Translations under genes and position numbers: made by a program
Notes under the pieces: generated by a model
The model's database searches: none
What the model saw: the letters and a program-made list of their open reading frames with translations, nothing else
Told to the model about the DNA's origin: nothing
Shown here: positions 49,723 through 62,291 of the stretch, one piece after another
How the letters are laid out: every line of letters starts with the position of its first letter
Numbering within the stretch: position 1 is the stretch's first letter
Source: Selaginella moellendorffii
Taxonomy: Eukaryota > Plantae > Lycopodiophyta
Direction of reading: 5' to 3'
Length of the DNA: 64,000 bases
Assembly (NCBI RefSeq): GCF_000143415.4
Contig: NW_003314293.1
Span: forward strand, 1-64,000

Positions 49723-51122
49723 TCTACCGCCGGGAGATCGGAATGCTGCGGTAGGGCTCCAAATATTGCCGGAGATCGCCACAATCGCCAAATTCCCCTC
49801 GATCGCAGCCTGCAAGCCGGAAATTCCTCAGTGAAATCTCGCGATTCCAATGCCGCTGGAAAGAAGCGCGCAAGAACAAGAAGGAGAATCCCCTTTACCG
49901 GTAATGCAGCTGCCGCCTTGGCCGCGGGGAGCTCCGCTTGGCGCCAACGCTCGCGCCTCGCTCAAACCCTAAAATCCCACCAAGACAGCTCCATAGCCAC
50001 GAACACTCTGACAAAGAAAGAAAGAAAGGGGGAAGGAGCTTGCAGTGTTGGAGGAAGGGGAGGTGTACCGGCGCCACCGGTTGCCGTGCGTGGCGACCGG
50101 CTGGTGGCGGTGGCTGGGCGGTCTGGTCCGAATGTCCAACAAAAGTAGGACGAGGACGAATATACCGATCGCTGATGCTAATTATAATTGCACGACAAGT
50201 ATCTCTGTGCATCGCATTAGTCTAAGTGCCTCTTAATTTTAATCGCGATTCGCGAGATAAGAAGAGAGAGGCGCATCACAAGTGCGCGCTTAGCTTTGCC
50301 CGCTTTGTTGGCTTGTTCTTTTTTGCTTTGCGTTTGCATGGCTCCACCACCTTTCTTTTACTCGCGAACATTGATACTTATGTCGTGTTGGACCTCACCT
50401 ATGGCATGATTTGTTGCGGCTCCAGTCTGGGAATATAGAGTTTTCTTACAATTTTTATATGGTGTGTGTTGTGACAATGATCCTTGGCAAGAGATTTTTA
50501 TATAATACTGTGGATAAACCTTGGATTACTCAAATCAAACACAGTTCCAGCCCAATCCCATCCAAGCTTTGCTTTTTTTGATAAAGTGGTCTGTGTTTGT
50601 GGTTGTGTGCCCGTCCATCCATCGTCCCGGGAAGTGTGCGACGATGTTGACACACTAAACAAACGCAAAGATTCGATGATTGACCGGTTAAAGTTACAAA
50701 GTCAAAACTCGCGGTAAGAAAAAAATGGCGGTGAAAGTAAAGAACATATATTCTTTTTGATAACAATAGTTATCTCCTCGTATTCTAGGGACCTGGTTTC
50801 ACTTGCGACACGTGGCACAATGTGGAGCGGCCAAGGCGTCACACGTGGACCATGGGATCGCGCCGACACGTGGCGAAAATGCGACACTGTGTCCGCCGGT
50901 TTTTGGGACACACAAGAAAGAAAATGCGCCATTGGAATTGATTGGCGCTTCTAAAAGCTTCCACTGTGAAAGTTCTTGGAGAGGACGAGGAGGACTAAAT
51001 AGTAGGAGCCCTAATTTCTGGGCGCGAGCAAAAATATTTCGAGCGATTAGAAAGGGCGATCGATCGATCGGGGCGCGCGATTCGCGATCGTATGAGCGTG
51101 ATCGATTGCGGCGTGGCGAGGG

Positions 51123-52514
51123 ATGATCGCGGTGATGCATGATTTTGTGGCAATGCTCGTCAACGGGGCGGCTGATGTTTCCAGCAGCGCCAGGTCGTGG
51201 AGCGCGGCGGGGGCGCTGCTCGTCCTCCTCTGGATTGCGCTGGCGACGCTGCTGCCGCCGATCCTGAGGAGGATTGAGAGCCATTCGTCGGCGCGGGAGG
51301 ATGGGAGGAGCGACCGGCTCCAGCGCAATCTGGATTGGGCGACGGAGCGTAGGAAGATTTTTGCCGACTATGAGAAAGTGAGGAGGAGCTTGAATATAGC
51401 TGTAAGTTTCCTTTCTTTACTCTTTCTCCTTGGTTCACGATTGGAGCTTTGGCCAGGGACCCTCCACGGGAGTAGTGGCAACAGAAGTAAGTGGAGATTT
51501 GTTCTAGATTCTCGTCCATTGCCACGAGTTCTCATAGTCAACGTTTGTGTTCTTCAGGAGTTTAAGGTGAATTCTCGAGGTGTTGAGCTTTTTACAAAGA
51601 GCTGGTTGCCGGAATCTGGCCAACCCAAGGGACTGATCTTCTATTGCCATGGATACGGTGATACTATCTCTTTCTTCTTTGAAGGTATGTTTGATCGATT
51701 TAGTCGCGAAGACTCATGAGAAGCTCATTGGTCATTGTAGGAATTGCGAGAAGACTCGCTCGAGCTCAATACGCGGTGTTTGGAATGGACTACGAGGGAT
51801 TCGGTCTCTCGTCTGGCCTACACGGCTACATCGAAAGCTTTGATGTTCTCGTTGATGATGTAATCGAGCATTACTCGTCCATCCGAGGTAGGAGCTTCTT
51901 TTCTCGAAGCTTTTTTGTGGTCTACTTGGTAGCCAAGGCTTTTCTAGATTTTGACTCTTGTTCACATGGCAGAACGAAAGGAGTTCACAGGACTTCCATG
52001 CTTTTTGTTTGGTGAATCCATGGGAGGAGCCATAGCCATCAAAGCACATCTCAAGCAGCCGAAAGTCTGGGATGGAGCAGTCCTGGTCGCTCCAATGTGC
52101 AAGGCAAGTCAACATGTTTGTTCTTCTCGTTGTAGTAACAGCTTTCGACTTGACTTCCAAGCTTTCGACTTGACGTCCAAGTTTTCTCCTCGCAGATTGC
52201 GGACGACATGTATCCTCCGTGGATTCTGGTGCAGATTTTAAAGGCTCTCGTCCCGGTTTTCCCCAAGTCAAAGCTACTGCCCACGCGAGACCTTGCTGCC
52301 TATGCCTTCAAAGACCCGGAGAAACGCAAGAAGGTACTCCTATTTTCACGTCTTTGAATCTTTGTGACCTTGGAAAAAAAAAAACATCACAGGCATACCA
52401 CAACGTCGTTGGCTACGTCGATAGGCCGCGCCTTAGAACAGCTTGGGAGTTGCTTGTCACGACACAGGAGATCGAATCGAGCATGAGACAAGTAAGCTTA
52501 CAATTGCGATATCG

Positions 52515-52551
<37 letters not shown>

Positions 52552-52823
52552 GGCCAAGATCATTGATTAACAGGCTTCGTGTCGATTTCTTCCGTGAATG
52601 GCAGGTGTCTCTACCGCTGCTCATATTGCACGGTGGTGCCGACAAAGTCACGGATCCATCGGTGAGCAAAGCTTTGTATGACAACGCTAGCAGCACGGAC
52701 AAGAGGCTCTATCTCTACGAGGGGGTCTATCACGGCATTTTGGAAGGCGAGCCCGACGATACCATCGACAGAGTTTTGGCGGATATTTGCTCGTGGCTTG
52801 ATCTCCACTCCAAACAAAACTAA
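51123..52823 (+). CDS. Monoacylglycerol lipase / caffeoyl-shikimate-esterase-like alpha/beta hydrolase
   Basis: NSRGVELFTKSWLP, CHGYGDT, DYEGFGLSSGLHGYI, GESMGGA nucleophile, LHGGADKVTDP, YHGILEGEPD. Multi-exon with one GC-AG intron (52104-52195). Confidence 0.92.
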
Positions 52824-53049
52824 TGCAAAGAATTGATCTTGTCAATACAAACATCTTTGATACATTTTGATCTTGTGGTACATTCTTTCTTCTTTTTCTC
52901 TTTTTCTTTTTGCATGTTTTAAAAATCCTGTTGCGTTGCAATAAAGTCGTAAGGTTTCCAAGGATGACCACTTGTATTACCACCACTGAAGCATCAAAAT
53001 AGTACCTTGAACACCACTTGAGAGTGTTGAGGTATGGCAATGGTTCCAA

Positions 53050-53414
53050 AACCATGGCCAAGATCGCGATTGCGAAGGAAGATCTCGAATCGCTCCATAT
53101 CTATCTCTCCATGATCGTTGATCAAGAAGACCCTCACTAAAAGTCTTGTTGTAAGCCTCCAGCTGACGGATCCCTCCCTTTCAAATGTCGAGGAAACTAT
53201 TCCCAAGGAGGAAGCAAAGGAAAACAAAGTCCCTCATCACGAAGATCAGTCCCTTGGAGCATGCTTCACTCATCGCCCTCTCTAAGTCCTCCACCTTATA
53301 GCCATCTTTCCTCTGGGTTTGCCTGAGAACGTTGATCTTCTTTGAGGCCACACTTTCCAACGCCAGCATGCCTAAATCTGCATCGCGGCTGACGATCCAC
53401 AGTGGTAGTCTCAC
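53050..53414 (-). pseudogene. Degenerate XRN-family 5'-3' exoribonuclease fragment
   Basis: DADLGMLAL (XRN DADLIMLAL), RDFVFLCFLLGNSFL (DDFIFLCFFVGNDFLP), GGIRQL..Y and, after a frameshift, LINDHGEIDMERFEIFL. Confidence 0.55.
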
Positions 53415-54836
53415 TTGTCAAAGCCCTGGGTCCTCCGTCCCAATCCTCGTTGGTTGGCGAGAGAATCCAGGTTTTATGAGTATACCAACTTACATCTAGA
53501 TGTCACAGACACTTCCTTGGTCTTTGAATGGTATTGGAGACCATAATAAGTAGTTAAAATGATTTATATTTTTTTACCATCAATAACTGCTTTATTCAGA
53601 TTAATTTTAGTTTCAAAATTTTCATTTAAAAAAGACATGTTTTCGAAAATAAAAATATATTTTAAGTTTAAATGAGTATTTTTGGTATTCATCTGAGTTA
53701 TTAAAGAATGTGCTTAAAATTTAAAATTATATAAAATATGAGAAAACTATAAAAACCTTTAAGTATATATCTAGAAAGAACTTTTACATATCTATAACTT
53801 ATGTTATAGATATGTAACTATATCTATAATTTAAATCATTTCATACAAACCCTTTGTTGCAATACTTTTTACAAACTACTTTGCAATTTATTGCAGTGCA
53901 GCTTAAATAGATAAACTACTATGACGTATAGCAACAATTTGAGAAAACATAATTAATAAATAAGTAGATACATATATTACAATAAAAAATCTCATACAAA
54001 AGCATGCACTTTGTCTTTAGTTCTTTAAAGCTATTAAAAAATTGATAAAAATGAATTTTTGTTTTAAAATAGAGACTAAATAAATTTACTAATTTGGACT
54101 TTAGACTTTAATCAAATAGTTCAAATTTTGTTTTCAAATGCCTTAGATTTCAATAAAAGTAAAGTGATGACATTTGGATAAATGTGACTTGTATTTCACA
54201 CTACCAAACCAAAACAATTTTGGTTAAATTTTTTTTAACCAGTTTTTATTCTTTTTATATAAGAAAGAAGTTTTTTTAACATATATACCATTTATATATC
54301 ATTTAACATATAAACCATGGATTTGTATACTTATTTTTAACATAAAACTTTTTATTATTTTTATTGGTGTTAGAAAAAATATTTTAGTTTCATTTAATAT
54401 AAAATTTTAATTTTTAATACCTAATTTATAATATTTATAACATAATTATAAGATAAGATAAATTTTAACACTTTAAAGTATTAAATTTAAAATAAAAATA
54501 AAAAATTTCGGCATTGCTAAGTTGAAAAATTAATAAAATATTTTTATACTATATTTGAAAAAATGTATATAAAAATATAATTTATACTATTTTGACATTC
54601 TTTGTCAAGAAATATTGTAATTCCAAACCTATATTTCTTCAATGGAAATTAATAGAGCTTTATATTCAACTATTAAAACATATATAAAATAATTTTAATA
54701 GCAACATTTATCAATCAAGGCTTCTATGTATAATCAATATAAATTCATATGAAAAGTCATGTAATGAATAAAATAATGAATCTCAACATCCAATCTTTAA
54801 CAATATAAATACAGATTGAAATAAACTTAGTTTTTC

Positions 54837-57691
54837 TCAGCATATAGTTTTGAGGTCCTCCTTGCTCCTTAGACGTGCTGGGAGGTCATCAAAGTTGAGG
54901 CTGGTGTTTGAAAAGTTAAGCTCAATCAACCTCGGGAACATTTCACGTTCGTCCACGGCACTTGACTCGATCAGCAACTTCTCCAATTTGTAACACTCCC
55001 TCACCGACAAACTCTCCAGCTTTGGAGACCATGCCACCACCAGAGGCAGGCACTGGATGCGCGTCCCCTCAAGATTGAGCACCCGGAGCTCACTGAACAC
55101 GTCCTCTTGCCCCGGAAACTCTTCCAGCAGACCTTTCACCAAGCCTCCGTTCACTACATGAAGCTCCTTGAGCTTTGGGAGCCGAGTTACCGATCGAGGA
55201 AGATAGAGCAGGCTCCGACACGAATGAAACTCGAGCTTTGCAAGCACAGGGAATGATCCTGGGTTGAAATCCTTGAGCTCCTCGAATGTGGAGTCCCAGA
55301 AAACCAGGGTAGTCAAGCATGGAAAGACTGAAGAGCTTGCAAAGGATGCTGGTGGCATGCTGCAGCCGTGTAGTGTGAGAGACGAGAGCGCCACAAACTT
55401 GTCCACCTCTGGGATTTCATCGAAGCAAGTCCCTACCTCGAGCAGCCTCAGATAATCACACCCTTGGAACAGCTTCTTCCACGAGCCATGCAAGGTTTCC
55501 ACTCGCACCACGCAGGACTCGAGATTGCCCGGCATGGCAAAGAAGTTCCGGAGGTTTGCCACCCTTGCATGGAGTGTCAAGTACCGGAGGTTGGCCAACT
55601 TTGCTGGGCTGCTCGAGAAGATCTCTATACTGCCGTGGTTTTTCTCGTCGCTCGAGATCTCCAGGCTCGTCAGCTTCTCAAGGGCATCTAGATCCAGCTT
55701 CTCGTCCCGAGGGCTGCGAAAGTTCAGGTGTAATACCTCCAAGTTAGAGAGCTTGTGGAGCATTGCAAACTGGAAGTTTCTAATTCCTTTGAAGCTCGAG
55801 CTTGTGAGAAGATCCAAGTATTTGAGCGAGGACATGGTGTAGCAGCACTGGGGGACTTCTTCCAGCCTCGAGTCCCGCAGATCGAGCACTTGGAGTTGCC
55901 CGAGGCTGCAAATCTCGCTCGGTAGAACCTTGAAGCTCGTCCCTCTTATGCTCAAGACTTTCAAGTTGATGAAACTCTTGACGGCACTCAATCCACCATC
56001 TGCGAGGCTGTTCTTGTCGAGCAGCAAAACCCGAACGTCGTGTGCCACGCCCTCGCTCGGTGGAAGCGAAGAAATCCCGGAAGCTCGCAGCGAGATCCTT
56101 CTCACTCCTACCAACTTGGAGCTGAATAGATCTGTGAGCCTCTTCCCTGTCGCTCGTCCAGCCAGAAAAGCACACCCTTTCTCGTGCTCCCCTCGAGGAT
56201 TGTCGAGGCGGCGCAGGATGAGCTCGCGAAGAACATCGTGAAGGCAGTAGCCACCACCATCAACCTCGACTTCAACCATGGATCTCTTCACCAGGACGTC
56301 GAGAATCATCCGAGCTTCGTCCCAGCCGCTGGTCTCGCCCTGCTCCACGGCCAGAGGCGGGATGAGATCGTCTCCTCTCCACAGCGCCACGAGCTCCTCG
56401 AGCGTGATCCTGGCGTCTCCCTCGTACGCAGCCATGCAGAGGTAGCACTCCTGGAAGAGCTTCCCATGCTCGAGCGTCAAGAGCTCCTCGTAGCTATAGT
56501 CGAAGAGGTGAGACACCTCTCCCTCCTCCTCCAGTGCCGCCACCCCTCGCGCTTTCACCTTCGCGGCGGACGCCTTCCAGCTTGCCCGATCCGTCTTGCC
56601 CGCCATGGAAGATCCCACCACCTTGAGCGCGAGCGGGAGTCCCTTGCACGCCGCCGCCATCTCGCCCACGAGATCATCAATCCCCGGCTGCTCGCTCCCG
56701 GCGTCCTGGAAAGCGTGCATGCAAAAGAACTTCTTGTTATCCGCGCTCGAGAGAAGCCCCGCCGAGGTAATCACTTCCGCCTTCCTCCGCTCGAGCAGCC
56801 CGGAGTTTCGCGTGGTGACGAGCATCTTGCTCCCGTTTGCTCGATCCAGGACGTCGAGCCCATCCAACACCGCGCCTTCCCAGACATCGTCCAGTATGAG
56901 CAGCGTTCTCTGGCCGCCCAGAAGATCATGCAGCGTCGACTTGGGCTGATCGAGAGCTCTCCCGCGATCATCGTCCAGGAGGTTGAAGAGCGCCCTCTGC
57001 AAGTTCTCCACGCTCGCGTTGCGATGGACGCCCAGGAAGTAGACGCGGCCTTCGAAGTGCTCGTGAACTCTGGCGTCGTTGTTCACCAGGCTTGCGAGGG
57101 TGGTCTTGCCGGATCCACCCATCCCGCAGATGCCAATCCACTTCCCCTTCTCCGGGTCCTTGAGCAGCCGGATGATCTCCTCCAGCTTCTCGCTCACTGG
57201 CATGATGTTCTCCGGAACTGGCTGCCTCCGGTAGCCGTGAGTACTCCGCTGCTCCACGACCAAGCACGACAAGGTGGCCGCTGGAAGATCGTTGTGAATG
57301 CCACAAAAGGAGAGTCTTTGCCTCTTGATCGCGAGCCAGATCCTTCGTCTAGAACAAAGATGATTGAAAGTTATGGATGTGATCACGATCGACAAGCAAA
57401 CCTTTCAAAGATCTGGTATTTCCTAGCTCCTCGCCTCGCTAGCTCGATCACCTCCGTGGTATCCATGCACCATCGGTTGAATTCTTCCCTCCACTTCTGG
57501 AACTGGCTGGATTGCGTTTGGTACCTGTTCTTCGTTGGATTGGACTCCATCTCCTTGAGCAGGCCGACGTATTTGCGGTGCTCCTCGGCTAGAGGCCGGA
57601 GCTCCTCCTTGTATCTCGCCACCTTGATAAACTCCCCAGCCACAAACTTGAAAGCGTTTCCTATGACCCAATCGACAATCACTTCAACCAT
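54837..57691 (-). CDS. NB-ARC-LRR immune receptor, RNL (RPW8/CC-R)-like, ~933 aa
   Basis: Exon 1 57691-57402, 53-nt intron, exon 2 57348-54837. P-loop GMGGSGKTT, kinase-2 LLILDDVW, SKMLVTTRN, GLPLAL, ECYLCMAAY (RNBS-D), LHDVLRE (MHD variant), then LRRs. Confidence 0.92.
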
Positions 57692-58041
57692 TTTCTTTTC
57701 TTTCTTTTAGATTGATCCTAAACATTCAAGTTCTTCCGGAATATATATACGTGGTTGATGCTTTGCTTGTGTAAATCACTTCAATTATCCTATAAGGAAA
57801 GTATTTCCATCTTTGCTTAGCTCTACGTAAAGTCGAGCTTCCATACTTTGCTTAGCGCGATATCTTCTTAAATCCATGGTTACTTTGCTTAGCGCGATAT
57901 CTTCTGATATTAACAGAGAATCAAAGGTAATAAGACCAATAACAGATCACTCTCTGTAAAGTAAAAACCATTAGGAGGAGTAAACCCTCCACTACATTTT
58001 TCTTTTTATCTTTTTATCAATCAGCAAAATAAGCACACCCG

Positions 58042-60499
58042 CTAGAGCTGCTTGCTCTCCGGGAACTTCTCTTCGTAGACTTGCACATTCTGCGAATTCA
58101 AGAGCGTTTAGAACTTGAACAAGAAAACAGCATTGCCTTACCATGAATGTCGCCCGAATCGTTTTCCCAGCGAACCATCGTTTGTTCAAGTTTAGCTGCG
58201 CGGCCAAAGCATCGATTGCTGTACCGAATCTTACGTAGACGTGCCCCTGACTGTACCTGAAAAAACAAACGCGTAACGCTCCACTGCGAATCACCAAAGG
58301 AAAAAAGCTTACTTGTCGACGCTGATATGTTTCACGGGACCAAACTTTGAGCATTCATCCTGCACGTCGTTTTTAATATCGATATCAAACTCTGGATCAG
58401 TCTGCACAAAAGCAGATCAAGTTTAGAAGGGCAATCAAAAAGAGAGATTCCAAACCTCTGTGGCTGGATCAAACATGTTCTTCAAAAGTAAGCATTCGCT
58501 AGGTGGTCCTATTGGCTCCTCCGGAAGCACCGATCCATTTTGCATCGACAATGCAGAACCTATACCACCGTATACGGGTGGTACAGCCATGGGGGCCTGA
58601 GGCTGAAGAGAAGCGGGCGCCCTACAGAGGTTTGAAAATGTGAGAAACTGTAAAGGGAAGGAAAACTTACCCAACACCACCACTGCGGTCAAGCTTTTGC
58701 ATAAGTAGAGCCCTGGACCGAGCATTCAAAGCCTGCTAATACCAAAGTATCATAATCGGCATTATGTGATCAAAAGCAGGACCTACCAATCCACCTCCCT
58801 CATCGTCATCAAGATCATTTTGCGTAGTGCCGATGTCTTGTCCAGTTTGTTGATCGGTAACAGCAGATACCTGGAAACAAACACAGAACAGGCTGAAACC
58901 ACAGTCCAGATAAAAACAATGTACCTTGATGGCTCGTCCAGCAAGCTCCAAAATTCCATTCAGTCCTTGTTGAGCAGCTCGCGCATCCTCAAGTTTGCTA
59001 TACTGCACAAAGCCGTACCCTTTACAAAGCCCTGTTTCTTGGTCCAGCGGGAGTTGAACCAGCTCGATGACGCCGAAAGGCTCGAAAACCTGACAAAAAA
59101 AGGAGCTGAAAAGTCTAGAAATATTCGTTCTAACCTGCCGGAGCTGGTCCTCAGTGATATTCACATGTAGATTTCCAACGTACAAACGCCGAGCACCACC
59201 GGAATAAGGGCCATTGAAAGCTCCCGCGGCTGATCCACCACTAGCTGAGTGAACCAAATTCTTTTCAGCTTCGGACGGTTTTACCATCACATTTTGACCA
59301 AGCAGCGGCTGGTTGTTTAATTGGAGGGCCAGCGGAACAGACATGGCATCGTAGAACTCGATATACCTGCGAGAGCATACAAGAAAATTAGAAGACACAA
59401 AATCAAGGAAAAACAGAACAAGAAAACGTACCCAACACCCTTAGATCTTCGAGAATTCCGATCCATGATGAGACGCACATCCCGGACCTGTATAGACAGC
59501 ACAAAAAGCACGTGGAATTTTTTGAGATACTTGTTACGAAAGTGAGAGCGAGAGAACAACCCAGACCACGGCAAGCTAGTGGCTTCAACAGAAGATACCG
59601 TTACAGTATTCGGAGCCACAAGATACTTACATGTTTTCCCACGTCGAAAGCAGACAGGTGCTTTTTTCATACTGCAAATAGGAGCACAAATGACTTATCT
59701 GATGCGAAGACAAAACGAAATGACCAACTCAGACATTAAACTCACGCACTTCCTATCAGAGCTAGATCACTAGTGTGCTCACCTTTCCGGCTTTGGAGAA
59801 AAAATCGTAGACGTGCTTCTCGTCCGCTTTGAGACAAATCTGCAAAATCAACACTTCTCTGTGAGAAGGAAAGAAAAATAAAAATGGAGAACTTTCAAGG
59901 ACCTGCCAAGCAAAGACTGTTCGCTGATCTCTTTCGGGATCAGGCTCAGACTCCGCTGGTGCTGATTCTTCCTTCCTGTCTCGCCTCTCTCGAGACTTCC
60001 TGGACAAAGGAAAAAAAAAACAAACCAAAAAACACCCATTAACTCAAAGAGAAGAGTTTGATAAGACTCACCGAAAGTCCTTATCTTTCTCCCTGTCCTT
60101 GGAGCTTGCCCTCTCCTCCTTCTCTTTATCTCGGCTGTGGCGTCGCGAGTCTTTATCCCTGTCATCCCTTCTACTCCGAGACCTTTCTTTGTCCCTATCC
60201 CGGTCCCTATCCCTCTCGGATTTCTCCTTGTCGTCGCCGCGCCCTCGATCTCTATCCTTCTCCCGCTCATACCTGGAGCTCCTGTGTTCCCGGCGCGACC
60301 GCTTCTCTCGATCGCCCTTATCCCTATCGCGCTCCTCGTCCCCCCGCGAGCGCTTGCTACTGCGGTGTTCGCTCTTGTGCCCATCGTCCTCCGCCGCCGC
60401 CACCGCCTTGGCGCCCTCGCCATTTGCCCCGGCTGTAGCACCGGCGGCAGCGGCGCTCTCAACCGTCTTCTCCAGGTACTCGTACTCGTCGAAATCCAT
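58042..60499 (-). CDS. RBM39: RBM39/CAPER (CC1-like) splicing factor: RS/RD domain + 3 RRMs
   Basis: MDFDEYEYLEKTVE, PERDQRTVFAWQ, VRDVRLIMDRNSRRSKGVGYIEF, RRLYVGNLH, DLDDDEGGG, SECLLLKNMFDP (UHM-type RRM). Confidence 0.93.
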
Positions 60500-60703
60500 C
60501 TCCGCGCTCTAGATTTCCTCCTGTGCCGGTGCCGGATAGCTCATCCTACTTCAAGAACCCTAGAAATTTCGATGAGCCCTAACCCTAGATCTGCAGTATA
60601 TTCGTCTACAATTTAGAGGTCTTTTTTATCTTTATCCAGTTAATTTATAAAGGGCCGCCATATCCACATTCTTCGGCTAGCTAGGTTTTGGAAGAGTGGA
60701 TCC

Positions 60704-62183
60704 ATGGCGTCGTCTTACGCGCTCGCGGATTTCGTCGGCAATGGCACGCTCAAGGAGATCATCGATTCGCTTGTCGCGGATGGCTGGGACGACGTTCCGA
60801 CGATCAAGATGATGAGCAGCGAGGACATGGAGGCGCTCAATCTCACGCAGCAGCAGCGGGTATGAATTTCTTCCAGCTTTCGATTGTCTTGCGGCGATCT
60901 AACGAAATTTCTTGCGATCTAACGAATTTCTTGCAGGACGCGCTCGAAATCCGCAGCTACTTGCACGATCGAGCGCTCATGGAGTACGCAGACAAGCTGG
61001 AAGCGTCCGGCAAAACCCTGGCGGAGCTGATCGGCGAATCCCCCACCGCGCTCGCCAGCCAGTTTGGAATGAAGCGCGGCCACGTCGCGCGATTCGTTGA
61101 TCGCTCCGTCGCGTGCGGCATCCGGATGCCGCCATCCTTGTCGCTGCCGGCCTCGCGAAGAACACGCTCCACAGTATCGACGGTATCTTCCAAAGATTCT
61201 CAGCCGGAGGAGTCCGACAGTGCTCGTCCCGCCAAGAACCCTAGTCCTCCTCGAGATGATCCGTCCAAGAAGGAGACCAAGGGGATCGTCGCGTCGGCGC
61301 CAGCGGTCCCGAAGCTCTGTGGCCTCATCCCTTCCCTGCATGTCGACGAGAATGTGACGCCGATCGAAGTCCTCGAGAAGATCAGCGTGCAGCGCGTCAC
61401 TCCAGAGCACAAAAGGGGCAGCTCCATCGATGGATGGAGCATCGATTCGGGCGTGGCATTGCCTCCGCCGATCAAAGCGGCGGATCTCTGGAGCCGTCGC
61501 CCGGCATTGCTGTTCATCATGAGAAGACCCGGGTAAGTGCAAGTTTGAGAGTTTGAGACCGAGTTCCTTGAGAGATTCGTGTTCTTCTCGCTAACTTGTT
61601 TCATAGATGTGTCATGTGTCGAGCCGAGGCACACCAGCTCTACGCTCGCAAGCCGATCTTCGACGCCATGGGCGTTCATCTCGTGGCAGTCCTTGGCGAG
61701 TACATGGAAGCCGAGGTAACTTTGAGCGATTCTTTCCTGAAAACATCATCAAAAACTCTTTTTTCTAGGTGCGAGCGTTCTGGCCTCGCTACTGGGGAGG
61801 AATGGTGGTGGTGGACAAGAACAGGGAGTTTTTCCAGGCGCTCGGAGGTGGCCGGTTGCTCAAAGACAACCTTGTGACGGGCTTTTGCTTCAACGCGGCA
61901 GCTCGGATGAATTACAAGCGCGCGCAGACGAGTGGAGCCGAGGGGAACTTTGTGGGAGAGGGCCTGATCAAAGGCGGACTCTACATCATACGTGCTGGGA
62001 AAGCGCTGGGTTGCAAACCCGTTCGTGGAAAGGAACTTTGGAGACTGGGCTCCCGTGGAAGAGCTTCTCAGCGTATGTTCTTCGTTTCAGCCGGTATGTT
62101 GAAGGATAGAATGGTTTGATCCATCCGAGACGCTGATGAGTTTTCCTGCCTTGCAGAAGACCGTGGATAAGAGTCAAGACTGA
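60704..62183 (+). CDS. SAM-like domain + peroxiredoxin-like (AhpC-TSA_2/PRXL2) protein; apparent frameshift near 62005
   Basis: DGWDDVPTIKMM, LHDRALMEYADKLE, RRPG/CVMCRAEAH (CxxC), RAFWPRYWGG, GEGLIKGGL; FVERNFGDWAP lies in a shifted frame. Confidence 0.8.
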
Positions 62184-62291
62184 GTGATCGATCTGTAAGA
62201 TTTTCTGTGATTTATACGAGCGTGTGTACATTACTATCGATGTGGATTTTCTCATAGCGTTTTTTCAGAGATGTCTGGTTGAAGAAGGTTA

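Noticed and set aside
53540-54830. AT-rich tract downstream of the NLR
   Set aside because: No ORF, TIR or periodic structure seen; treated as ordinary intergenic DNA.
56184-57710. 508-aa plus-strand ORF
   Set aside because: Antisense shadow of the GC-rich NLR coding sequence. The same applies to the many overlapping ORFs across 43-63 kb.
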